Shown here: piece by piece, positions 27,801 through 36,712 of the stretch | How positions within the stretch are numbered: position 1 is the first letter of the stretch | Layout: the number at the start of each line of letters is the position of its first letter | NCBI GenBank assembly: GCA_001816655.1 | Contig: MHCP01000015.1 | Span: 6,485 to 70,484, forward strand | Origin: Candidatus Woykebacteria bacterium RBG_13_40_15 | GTDB lineage: Bacteria; Patescibacteriota; Microgenomatia; Woykebacterales; RBG-16-39-9b | Direction: 5' to 3' | Length of the DNA stretch: 64,000 nucleotides | Position numbers and translations under genes: made by a program | The notes under the pieces: model-generated | What the model saw: the letters and a program-made list of their open reading frames with translations, nothing else | Databases searched by the model: none | Told to the model about the DNA's origin: nothing

Positions 27801-28884
27801 TTTTTCCATCAACCATATTTAATACACGGGCCCGCTTTTTAAATTCCGCTGTTAGAAGATCGAGGCTCGTGGTCGTAATTAATATCTGGCGTGCGCTAAT
27901 GTGAGTAAGGAGCAGCCCCCTGTTCTTTTCGTCAAGTTCGCTCGTAACATCGTCGAGAAGTATTACCGGAGGCTCGCCGAAAATTCGCGAAAAAAGCTGG
28001 GCTTGGGCAAGGTTCAATAAAATTATGGCTTGGCGTTTTTCTGCTCTGGAACCAAAGGGGCCTAAATCTTTCTCCAAAATTGATTGTCCTAACTCTTCCT
28101 CTACAACTAGTTTGAGGTCGTCTCTGTGTGGGCCAAAAGTAGTCATTATTAACCGCCGTTCTACACCTCGTTTATTTTTAAGGGCTCGTAAGAACTCTTT
28201 CTTACTTAGTCCCTCACTCTCTAGATTAATTGGGACCGTGTATTCAATACGAGCATTTTTTCCTATCGTTCCTTTTGAGATTTTATTTAGAATTCTATTT
28301 AAACTGCTTATTTCTTTTTCGCGCTCCTGCCAAAGTTTTATGCCGTACTTGGCAAGAAGCCTATCCCATGTTTCAAGTTGTTCCTCAGTCGCATTTCCAC
28401 CGGAGATTTTGAGAAGCTTGTTCCGATTAATCAGGGTTTTATTGTAATTAATCAAATTGAAAAGGTAACCTCGATTTATTGTTGCGATTAATTTGTCCAG
28501 CCAAACCCTTCTAGCGGCTGGTGGCCCTCCAATTAGTTCTATTTCTCCTGGGTGAAAAAGGACTGTTGCTAGCCTGCCCAAAAGATAAGTAGCTGGCTTT
28601 GTTTTATTATTGATTATTATCTTGGTTTCTCCCTCTCGGTAAAGGAATATACGAATACTACCCTTACTAGTCTCACCGAATATCTCAGCGTTACTCTCGT
28701 TCCAATTGATCGCCTCGCTTCTTGTTCCATGAAACGGTTTGCCATAAGAGAGCAAATAAACAGCCTCGATGAGGTTTGTTTTCCCCTGACCATTGCCTCC
28801 AACAACAATTGTTACTCCGCTACCCAATTGTAGGTCGGAAATATCTAGATTTCGGAAGTTTCTTATGGAAAGGGTTTTCAACAT
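27787..28884 (-). CDS. recF: DNA replication and repair protein RecF
   Basis: NFRN, GGNGQGKTN, GPHRDD, LLDDVTSELD. Confidence 0.95.
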   Translation of the reverse strand: MLKTLSIRNFRNLDISDLQLGSGVTIVVGGNGQGKTNLIEAVYLLSYGKPFHGTRSEAINWNESNAEIFGETSKGSIRIFLYREGETKIIINNKTKPATYLLGRLATVLFHPGEIELIGGPPAARRVWLDKLIATINRGYLFNLINYNKTLINRNKLLKISGGNATEEQLETWDRLLAKYGIKLWQEREKEISSLNRILNKISKGTIGKNARIEYTVPINLESEGLSKKEFLRALKNKRGVERRLIMTTFGPHRDDLKLVVEEELGQSILEKDLGPFGSRAEKRQAIILLNLAQAQLFSRIFGEPPVILLDDVTSELDEKNRGLLLTHISARQILITTTSLDLLTAEFKKRARVLNMVDGKIIEP

Positions 28885-29985
28885 TTAACTTTGCGGGCGG
28901 ACAGGCATGATTACAAAACTAAGATTCTTTTTGTCCCTGCCGCGGAAGATGGCAGCACTTGTACTTCCACTAAGGGACATCGTCATCTGCTCGTCCTTAA
29001 TAGCGGAGAGGCTCTCGAGCAGAAACCGCGAATTGAAAGCCAGGGTCATTTTTTCGCCATCAATATTAGCGTGCATCTCTGTCTCGGCATCTCCCACTTG
29101 GCTGGTGGCTCCTGTTAATTTAAGCTTTCCTGCGCCAAGCTCAATCTTAACTACATTACCAACATCTCGGGCAAACAAGGCCCCCAATTTTACAGCATTT
29201 ACCAGCGCTTTCGTGCTAACAGTCACTGTGGAGCAAAAGGCTGTTGGTATTATTTGTTCAAAACTTGGATAGGCTCCTTCTAGGAGTCTGCTTATAATAA
29301 TTAGGTTTCTAGTCTCAATTTTTGCCTGGTTTTTTTCTTTGTCAACAGATAGTTGCACCGTCTCGTCTTCTTGGTCGGCAACGGCTTTGACGGTTTCCTG
29401 AAGGGCTCTTGATGGGATTAATACCTCGAAATCACCAGAGCCTGTTATTTCATTTTTGCCTAGCCTGTAACCGTCCGTAGCGACAAAAACCAATTTACTA
29501 GCAGACCCTTTTATAAGTATCCCTGTTAGCACAGGGCGGCCTTCCTCAGCCGCCGCACAGAAAATAACCGAGGATACGGTATTTAAAAAGGTTTGCCTCT
29601 CCAATTCTAAGGTGGACGCGGATTCAAATGTAGTAACTTTCGGAAACTCGCTTGGGTTTATTGTGGAAAGGGTTGCTTTGGAGTCGCCCGACTCTAGTAA
29701 TACGCTATCCTTTACAGTTTTAATGGTGAGCTGCTCGTTTGTGGCGGCCTGACAAAAGTCAACCAAAAGTCTGGCAGGAACGGTAGTTTCTCCATTTTCC
29801 TCAATTTTTACACTCATTTGTTTTATGATTGTTGTTTCTAAATTGGTTCCGGTTATTTTAAGCATGCCGGAGTTTGCTTCCAGTAAAAGATTTCCCAATA
29901 CGGGTAAACTTAAACGTGTTGTTATTGCTTGTGAAACAAGAGACGCTGCCTTTAAAAGTGTTTCTCTGTTAGTGACTAACTTCAT
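28885..29985 (-). CDS. dnaN: DNA polymerase III beta clamp
   Basis: ATDGYRL, SRLLEGAYP, VIMPVR. Confidence 0.97.
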   Translation of the reverse strand: MKLVTNRETLLKAASLVSQAITTRLSLPVLGNLLLEANSGMLKITGTNLETTIIKQMSVKIEENGETTVPARLLVDFCQAATNEQLTIKTVKDSVLLESGDSKATLSTINPSEFPKVTTFESASTLELERQTFLNTVSSVIFCAAAEEGRPVLTGILIKGSASKLVFVATDGYRLGKNEITGSGDFEVLIPSRALQETVKAVADQEDETVQLSVDKEKNQAKIETRNLIIISRLLEGAYPSFEQIIPTAFCSTVTVSTKALVNAVKLGALFARDVGNVVKIELGAGKLKLTGATSQVGDAETEMHANIDGEKMTLAFNSRFLLESLSAIKDEQMTMSLSGSTSAAIFRGRDKKNLSFVIMPVRPQS

Positions 29986-30090
29986 TTTTATTACTTAATA
30001 TTAATAATAGTCGTAGTAATAGAGGCAGAAAAAAGTAAATTTTATACTACAACAAGCAGGGGAAAGGTTTGTGGAAAAACGCAAAAGTTA
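29986..30090. other. Putative oriC unwinding region
   Basis: DnaA box TTTTCCACA (- strand, 30070-30078); trio-like TAA TAA TAG TCG TAG TAA TAG (30002-30022) next to AGGC; AT-rich; between dnaA and dnaN. Confidence 0.7.
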
Positions 30091-31452
30091 TTAACCACCA
30101 AGGGCCTTATCCTTGACCTCTGCAACTATTCTACCAATTTCCCCATCCTTTTCCACTAGGTTTTCCACCTTGCTGACAGAATAAATTACCGTGGTGTGGT
30201 CCCTACCCCCTAAAAGAGAGGCGATCTCGTTAAAAGAAAGCCCCACCTCAGTGCGTAGTAAGTACATTGCTACTTGCCGGGGAAAAACACACTCTTTGCC
30301 CCTTTTTACGCCCCGTAAGTCCGATAAACTAAGAGAGAAAAACCTAGCTATTTCGGCCAATATTTCTTCCGCGGAGGGCTTCTTTGGGGGATCCAAATTA
30401 ATTGAGTTTTTTACGAGCTCCTCATTTATAGCTCGTCCAGTAAGCTTTGCAATAGCAAGCAACCGTAGTAATCCACCCTCCAAAGACCGAACGCTTGGGC
30501 CTAAACGCTCCGCCATAAAGCGAATTGTGGGAAAATCTATTGAAGCCCCTTCCGAATGCGCCTTTGCCAGCAGAATTGCCTCTCTTAGTTCCAGGTCGGG
30601 GGTTTCTATCTTGACTACCATACCACCAGAAAACCTGTTTCTCAACCGCTCATGTAGATTTGAAAGTTGTGCTGGATCACGATCGCAACAAAGAATAATC
30701 TGTTTACCACGACCGTGCAGATGATTAAAAGTGTGAAAAAATTCTTCTTGAGTGCTTTCTCTCCCAGCTATAAACTGAATATCATCAATAAGCAAGAGAT
30801 CCACGGCCCGATATTTGGCCCGAAAATCTACAGTTTGCCGTTTTTGAATAGCTTCAATCATATCGTTGGTAAAAGTCTCGCTTGAGGAATAAATTACCCG
30901 GCTAGGGTTTCGGCGAAGAATTACTCCCTGGCCAATCGCCTGCAGGAGGTGGGTCTTTCCCACCCCAACCCCACCGTAGATTAAAAGCGGATTGTAACGC
31001 TCAAAGGGGGAGTCGACAACGGCTTTGGCAACAGCGTAAGCAAGTTGATTAGATTGGCCGACGATAAAATCTGCGAACGAATATTTTGGATTTATATTGG
31101 AAACAACCAAGGACTCCTTGATTGTTGAGGAAGCAGCGTCCTCAAACAAAGGTATGGCCAGCTCCGGATTTTTCGGCTCCTTCACTTTTGGCGCCTCAAG
31201 CCCTTTTGCGGAAACCGTGAAGACTAAGGTCGCAGATGCCCCGGAGATACGCTCAACAATTTCCTTTATTTGCCCTAAGTATCGTTCTTCAATCCATGTT
31301 TTATTGTATGGGCTAGAGCAACCAATTTCCACAACACCGTCCTTGAGAGACAATACTCCAGTCTTGCCCTTAAACCAAGTTTGAAAGTTGGCGGCGGACA
31401 ATGTTAATTGTAATTCAGTTAAAACCGATTCCCAAAGGGATTTTTCATCCAT
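30091..31452 (-). CDS. dnaA: Chromosomal replication initiator DnaA
   Basis: YNPLLIYGGVGVGKTHL, DDIQF, GGRDHTTV. Confidence 0.98.
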   Translation of the reverse strand: MDEKSLWESVLTELQLTLSAANFQTWFKGKTGVLSLKDGVVEIGCSSPYNKTWIEERYLGQIKEIVERISGASATLVFTVSAKGLEAPKVKEPKNPELAIPLFEDAASSTIKESLVVSNINPKYSFADFIVGQSNQLAYAVAKAVVDSPFERYNPLLIYGGVGVGKTHLLQAIGQGVILRRNPSRVIYSSSETFTNDMIEAIQKRQTVDFRAKYRAVDLLLIDDIQFIAGRESTQEEFFHTFNHLHGRGKQIILCCDRDPAQLSNLHERLRNRFSGGMVVKIETPDLELREAILLAKAHSEGASIDFPTIRFMAERLGPSVRSLEGGLLRLLAIAKLTGRAINEELVKNSINLDPPKKPSAEEILAEIARFFSLSLSDLRGVKRGKECVFPRQVAMYLLRTEVGLSFNEIASLLGGRDHTTVIYSVSKVENLVEKDGEIGRIVAEVKDKALGG

Positions 31453-31610
31453 AAGTGCGCATTAAATTAGGCAGGAGACATCAGGAAAAGCTAGCCCTCG
31501 AGATTAGGGGCCCTACTATAATAGCAAGCGGGTTTAAGGAGCGGTCAAGATACTAAAAATATAGCAAACTAGATCGCCCACTTTTTATGAGGCTAAAAAC
31601 TATTTTCGAA

Positions 31611-31639
31611 TTGACAAACCGAGTTTGGGGCCATATACT
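31611..31639 (+). promoter_or_regulatory. Sigma70 promoter of rpmH operon
   Basis: TTGACA-17-TATACT. Confidence 0.75.
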
Positions 31640-31661
31640 CTAACAGAAAAATTGAGGACAA

Positions 31662-31799
31662 ATGCCTAAACGAACATATCAGCCAAAGAAATTAAAAAGA
31701 AAAAAGAAACACGGTTTCCTATCAAAGATGGCAAATAAAAGTGGTAGGTCAGTTATAAGTAAACGCCGCTTAAAGGGGCGTAGACGGCTCGCGATCTAA
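31662..31799 (+). CDS. rpmH: 50S ribosomal protein L34 (below ORF-track size limit)
   Basis: [23 protein letters not shown]...[11 protein letters not shown]. Confidence 0.96.
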   Translation: MPKRTYQPKKLKRKKKHGFLSKMANKSGRSVISKRRLKGRRRLAI

Positions 31800-31801
31800 T
31801 T

Positions 31802-32134
31802 ATGCTACCGGAAAAATTTAGATTAAAGATAGGCCAGAGTAATTATCGTAATTGGGTTGGAAAAAAAGAAGTCTACACGCCACTTTTTAAATTGATTTAT
31901 AGAAAAAAGGTAAGCCGGTCTGATACAAAAATTGGTTTCGTTGTCACTGGAAAAATTGGAAAAGCCACAAAGCGAAATAAAATTCGTAGATGGCTATCCG
32001 AAGTGGTTAAAGACAGCATCGAAAGATTCCCAAAAGGAACGGAAGCGGTATTTATAGTTTCAATACCAAAGGAAGAAATTACGTATGAAAAAATTGTTGA
32101 CTGGGTCGATAAAATTTTACCAAGAATTTATTAG
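31802..32134 (+). CDS. rnpA: RNase P protein component
   Basis: IGFVVTGKIGKATKRNKIRR; synteny. Confidence 0.9.
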   Translation: MLPEKFRLKIGQSNYRNWVGKKEVYTPLFKLIYRKKVSRSDTKIGFVVTGKIGKATKRNKIRRWLSEVVKDSIERFPKGTEAVFIVSIPKEEITYEKIVDWVDKILPRIY

Positions 32135-32309
32135 CCTATTTCTTAAACTAGGCTTCCCTGCAGGAAGATGTCGTTATAGGCCAACCTGTTCGGAATACAC
32201 AAAGAGGGCAATTGAAAAATTCGGGCCATTAAGAGGAGTTGGCCTTGGCCTTAAACGGATTGTTAAATGCAACCCCTTTTCGGTCGGGGGGTTTGATCCC
32301 ATACCATGA
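32085..32309 (+). CDS. yidD: Membrane protein insertion efficiency factor
   Basis: CRYRPTCSEY...RIVKCNPF..GGFDP. Confidence 0.95.
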   Translation: MKKLLTGSIKFYQEFISLFLKLGFPAGRCRYRPTCSEYTKRAIEKFGPLRGVGLGLKRIVKCNPFSVGGFDPIP

Positions 32310-33034
32310 TTAATTTTTTTGTTGATATACTACTTGGTTTAAATAGGCTCCTTTTCAACAATCTTGGATTGACTATTATCGTTGTTGGTATTTTATCCAG
32401 AGCAGTCTTCCACCCATTTATAATTTCCAGTCTAAGATACAACAAAGCTCTTCGCGATTTAAAACCACAATTAGATAGCATAAAGAAAAAGTACGGTAAA
32501 GATATTAGAAAGGTTTCGGAGGAGCAGTCCAAGCTTTTTCGAGCGTCTGGGGTACATCCCGCGGCCGGTGCAATAAGCTGTTTGAGTACCATAACTCAGA
32601 TAGTCGTTTTTATTATTTTGTACCAAGCTTTAATAAAAGTAATTTCCTCCGGGGTTCAGACGAGCTTCCTTTTATGGAATTTAGCCAACCCAGACGTTTA
32701 TCATATTCAAGGCGTGCCGATTCCTATACCAGGGCTGTTAGTAATACTTTCAGCATTCGGAACTCTTATCCAATCACAAATGCTTACGCCAGAGACTAAG
32801 AAGGCCCCGCCTAAGAAGGGGGAAAAGGGGGATATCTCAGACGATTTAATGGCTTGGCAACAACAAACGATGTTTATATTCCCAATTATAATTTTGTTAA
32901 TTGGACTCCGATTTCCTGCTGGGCTTGTTTTGTACTGGGCTATTAGCACTCTTTACGGTATAATTCAGCAGTATCAGGCAAGTGGCTTAGGAGGACTAAA
33001 ATTATGGCTAGCAAGTCTACCGATAAAAAAATAG
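32306..33034 (+). CDS. yidC: Membrane protein insertase YidC (short form)
   Basis: LKPQL..IKKKY, FLLWNLANPD, PAGLVLYW. Confidence 0.92.
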   Translation: MINFFVDILLGLNRLLFNNLGLTIIVVGILSRAVFHPFIISSLRYNKALRDLKPQLDSIKKKYGKDIRKVSEEQSKLFRASGVHPAAGAISCLSTITQIVVFIILYQALIKVISSGVQTSFLLWNLANPDVYHIQGVPIPIPGLLVILSAFGTLIQSQMLTPETKKAPPKKGEKGDISDDLMAWQQQTMFIFPIIILLIGLRFPAGLVLYWAISTLYGIIQQYQASGLGGLKLWLASLPIKK

Positions 33035-33483
33035 AAAAGGAAGCCAAGGAAATTTGTTTAAAGACGCTTTCCTTACTTGGGTTTGATTTAACTCCAAAGA
33101 TAACAAAAGAAGAAGGAGCAATACACATCGATATAGAGGGGGAGGATCTTGGTTTATTGATCGGGCAGCACGGATCTAACCTCGAGAGTCTCCAACTTTT
33201 AATTGGAATTGCAATTAATAAGAAAGTATCCAGTGGGAAATGGATACCGGTTCTAATTGATGTTGGGGGGTGGCGTAAACAGCGGGAGGAAGCCATCAAG
33301 GCCTTAGTGGAAAGAGCAGCCGAGAAAGTTTCAATGGGCGACTCTAAAGCAGAACTTCCCCCCATGTCCCCCGCCCAAAGGAGAGTAGCGCACATTTTTG
33401 TTTCTGAACAAAAAGGGTATGTAAGTGAATCTGTTGGGGTAGGAGAGGATCGAAGAGTAGTTATAAGAAAAGAAAATGGCTGA
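33004..33483 (+). CDS. jag: Jag/KhpB KH-R3H RNA-binding protein lacking Jag_N
   Basis: GLLIGQHGSNLESLQ, PMSPAQRRVAH. Confidence 0.88.
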   Translation: MASKSTDKKIEKEAKEICLKTLSLLGFDLTPKITKEEGAIHIDIEGEDLGLLIGQHGSNLESLQLLIGIAINKKVSSGKWIPVLIDVGGWRKQREEAIKALVERAAEKVSMGDSKAELPPMSPAQRRVAHIFVSEQKGYVSESVGVGEDRRVVIRKENG

Positions 33484-33922
33484 AAATAATAGAAGCTTAA
33501 AGGTTTTTTGTGATGGCGGGGCGCGAGGAAACCCCGGCCCTGGAGCAGCAGCATGTATAATAACCGATCCTGCGGGGAAAAAGCGTTTTTTATGCGGGAA
33601 ATATTTAAGTTGGGCTACCAACAACCAGGCAGAATACGGGGCGGTAAGACTAGCCCTAAAGGTAATAAAAGAAAACTATAAAAAACGCGTAGATGTAAAC
33701 TTTTTCTTGGATTCAGACTTAGTCGTTAATCAATTATCCGGATTATTTAAAGTTAAAAACGCGGCCTTGAGGAGTATTTTATTTGAAATAAGGACGATGG
33801 AAGTTTCCCTAGGAAAGGTTTATTATAAACGTGTTCCAAGAGAAGAAAACGAGGAAGCAGATCGGCTAGTAAATAAGGTTATTGATGAAAAGAAAGATTT
33901 GAGGGAGACTGCTTCTATTTAA
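33476..33922 (+). CDS. rnhA: Ribonuclease HI family protein
   Basis: DGGARGNPGP, TNNQAEY, DSDLVVNQ, NEEADRL. Confidence 0.92.
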   Translation: MAENNRSLKVFCDGGARGNPGPGAAACIITDPAGKKRFLCGKYLSWATNNQAEYGAVRLALKVIKENYKKRVDVNFFLDSDLVVNQLSGLFKVKNAALRSILFEIRTMEVSLGKVYYKRVPREENEEADRLVNKVIDEKKDLRETASI

Positions 33923-33924
33923 AA

Positions 33925-35559
33925 ATGGAAACTGCCACGGAAGGACAAAAACTAGAGTTTAAAAATTTTGAAAACAAGCCGACGGCCTTAGTAGCTGGTG
34001 GTGCAGGCTTTTTAGGATCATATCTCTGTGAGGCTTTAATCGCTCAGGGCTTCAACGTACTTTGTGTTGATAATTTAGCACGAAGTTCAAAAAAGAATAT
34101 TGAAAAGCTTCTCTCCTTTCCCAACTTCTTTTTTTGGGAAGAGGACATAAACCGAGCTGGTTTTACAATCTCACCTAATGTCAAAATAACCCATATTTTT
34201 CACCTTGCAAGCGTTGAGGAATACCTGTCCTCAAATAACCTTTCCCTAGAAACTTTATTGGTTAATTCCATCGGGACAAAAAATCTGCTGGACGTAGCTG
34301 TTCAAAAAAAAGCAAAATTTATTTTTGTTTCTTCGTCGGAAGTCTTCCGTGGAGCCTTTTCTCAAAAGAACCTATCAATTTACTTTGGAAAGGAAGCTGG
34401 TACAACACACCTTACTTTCGGAGAGGCGAAAAGGTTTTCCGAAACCCTAGCCGCCGAGTATTTCAATAAATTCGACCTCCCCGTAGTTATAGTTCGAATT
34501 AAAGATCCTTACGGGCCTAAAATGAATCTGTCCTCAGACAATATAGTGTCAAAGTCTATTAGCCAGGCAATTAAAGGAAAGATTGAGATAATAGGAGATG
34601 GTTTAAGAGTAGCTAATCCTACCTTTGTTACCGATATAATTTTCGGGATCGTAAAGGCGGCGATTAAGGGCGAGAAGGGAGAGATCTTTAATTTAATTAG
34701 TCGAGAAAGATGTACAGAACGAGCCCTCGCGGAGCATTTAAAAAAGCTTTTTGGCGGGGTAGAAGTTGTTTATAAAGAGCAGAAAGAATTAGATCTGCCA
34801 GAGTCTCCCCTGATTTTAGACGATGCTCAAGGAAAGCTAAATTGGGATCCAAAGGTCCCGTTGGACGATGGGCTTGTTCAAACAGTTAATTTTTATAAGG
34901 TGGGGGGTACCGAAAATAAGGAAGAAAAGAATGTACCGAGTAACCCAATAGTCCCCCCAGTAGAGTTAACTGGGAAAAAAGGATTTGACAAAAACTTTTT
35001 AAGGAATTTATTTTTAGGTGCTATTTTGGTGCTGTTTTTATGGGCAACAGCCGTTCCAATTATAACTTCAGCAGCAAGCTACTATTTAGGTAATAAAAAT
35101 TTCAATAGTGCCCTGGAAGAACTTAAGCAGGATAAAACCGATAATGCAGTAGCTCACGCCGAAAAAGCTGAAAATTTCTACAAACGTAGTCAGGAATCCT
35201 TGCAAAATATCTCTTGGCTTCTAACCGCGACCAATTTAAAAGGGACCTTACAGCAAACGAGCAATTACCTTTTCCTAGCGGAGACCCTTTCTAGAGCAGT
35301 AAATTTCGAAAGTAAAAGCATAGGCAATATTAACGATGCCTCTAGCGCAGACGGTGAAAAGCTAAAAGAAGATTTAAAAAAAGCCATAGAAAACATCACA
35401 GAGGCAGACAAAAATATTGATGTAGCATCCACAATAAGTATTGATGCAAGAAAACTGCCAGCCTTCTTGAATAAAGACTATCAAACGCTTCAGGAAAAAA
35501 GGCAGACACTGGAAAGCCTTTCTGAAACAATTAACTCAAATTTAGAAAGCACACAGTGA
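33925..35559 (+). CDS. NAD-dependent epimerase/dehydratase-like domain fused to TM helix and helical C-domain
   Basis: GGAGFLGS, FVSSSEV, FGEAKR; TM helix near residue 365. Confidence 0.8.
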   Translation: METATEGQKLEFKNFENKPTALVAGGAGFLGSYLCEALIAQGFNVLCVDNLARSSKKNIEKLLSFPNFFFWEEDINRAGFTISPNVKITHIFHLASVEEYLSSNNLSLETLLVNSIGTKNLLDVAVQKKAKFIFVSSSEVFRGAFSQKNLSIYFGKEAGTTHLTFGEAKRFSETLAAEYFNKFDLPVVIVRIKDPYGPKMNLSSDNIVSKSISQAIKGKIEIIGDGLRVANPTFVTDIIFGIVKAAIKGEKGEIFNLISRERCTERALAEHLKKLFGGVEVVYKEQKELDLPESPLILDDAQGKLNWDPKVPLDDGLVQTVNFYKVGGTENKEEKNVPSNPIVPPVELTGKKGFDKNFLRNLFLGAILVLFLWATAVPIITSAASYYLGNKNFNSALEELKQDKTDNAVAHAEKAENFYKRSQESLQNISWLLTATNLKGTLQQTSNYLFLAETLSRAVNFESKSIGNINDASSADGEKLKEDLKKAIENITEADKNIDVASTISIDARKLPAFLNKDYQTLQEKRQTLESLSETINSNLESTQ

Positions 35560-35616
35560 ATTAGGAGTCTAGTGGCTCCTTGCGTAAGAACAAGCCTTTT
35601 GTTAAACTAACCCCCG

Positions 35617-35970
35617 ATGGATAAAGAAGTTTTCAAGCAGTTTAAGCAGCATTTCGGAGAGGAATGGTCCTGTAATTGCGGAAGTTCCTTTGAGTCAGAG
35701 TGGTTAGAAATTATGGCGCAGACTGATAATTCCCTTCTCGCAAGATATAATTGTCAGGTTTGTGGTGGAGAGCAATTTTTTGCTGTCGGCGTTTCGGCTG
35801 GGGACAAACTAAACAAAGAGATAACGGAAGTTCCAATGGCCGCAATTTCGAGCGATGATGCGCTAGATATAAAATCAGAGATTTCCAAATTGACTTTTAA
35901 ACAAATTAGAGCCTTGGGGCGAAGGAAGGTAATAGCTAAAACATCAATACAGAAACCGACAAGGGGCTAA
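35617..35970 (+). CDS. Small zinc-ribbon protein
   Basis: CNCG...CQVCG. Confidence 0.65.
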   Translation: MDKEVFKQFKQHFGEEWSCNCGSSFESEWLEIMAQTDNSLLARYNCQVCGGEQFFAVGVSAGDKLNKEITEVPMAAISSDDALDIKSEISKLTFKQIRALGRRKVIAKTSIQKPTRG

Positions 35971-36007
35971 ATTGTTGTATTGACGAGGCCTTTATAATGA
36001 TTCTTGC

Positions 36008-36712
36008 ATGGAAAAAATAAAAATAACAGTAGAGCCAAGAACGATCTTAGGTAAAAAAATAAAGAAACTTAGAAAAGTTGGTATTTTGCCTGCAAATTTA
36101 TTTGGAAAAGACATAAAGTCAAAATCAATTCAACTATCAAGTAAGGATTTTAAGAGATCTTATAAAGAGGCAGGCGAAACCGGAATAGTTGAAGTAAAGT
36201 TAAAGGACGAAGCCTATTCAGCCTTGATACACGATGTTCAATACGATCCCGTAACAGGCGAAGCAATTCACGCCAATTTTCACAGGGTTAATTTAAAGGA
36301 GAAAATTACTGCTAATGTGCCCATTAAGCTTGAGGGAGAATCCCCTGCAGAAAAAACAGGAATTGGGCTTATTTTGCAAACCCTGGACGAACTAGAGATT
36401 GAAAGTCTCCCAACGGATATCCCACACGAAATTACTGTTGATATTTCAAATCTTTCTGAAATAGGTCAGACGATTCATGTAAAAGATCTAAAGATTGAAA
36501 AGGACAAAATAGAAGTTAAAAATGACCCTGAAGAAGTCGTTGTTTCAGTTCAGACAGCAGAAATGAAGGAGGAGGTTGTTGAAGAAGCCCCAACCCCCGA
36601 AGAGGTAGAAGCGATTGAGGAAAAGGGTGAAGAAACTCTTGAGGGTGAAGAGGGGGAAAAGACGGAAGAAAAAGAGAAGGAGAAAGAACAATCCTCAGAA
36701 CAAAAGACCTAA
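36008..36712 (+). CDS. rplY: 50S ribosomal protein L25/Ctc
   Basis: LRKVGILPANLFG, QYDPVTGEAIHANF, acidic tail. Confidence 0.95.
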   Translation: MEKIKITVEPRTILGKKIKKLRKVGILPANLFGKDIKSKSIQLSSKDFKRSYKEAGETGIVEVKLKDEAYSALIHDVQYDPVTGEAIHANFHRVNLKEKITANVPIKLEGESPAEKTGIGLILQTLDELEIESLPTDIPHEITVDISNLSEIGQTIHVKDLKIEKDKIEVKNDPEEVVVSVQTAEMKEEVVEEAPTPEEVEAIEEKGEETLEGEEGEKTEEKEKEKEQSSEQKT

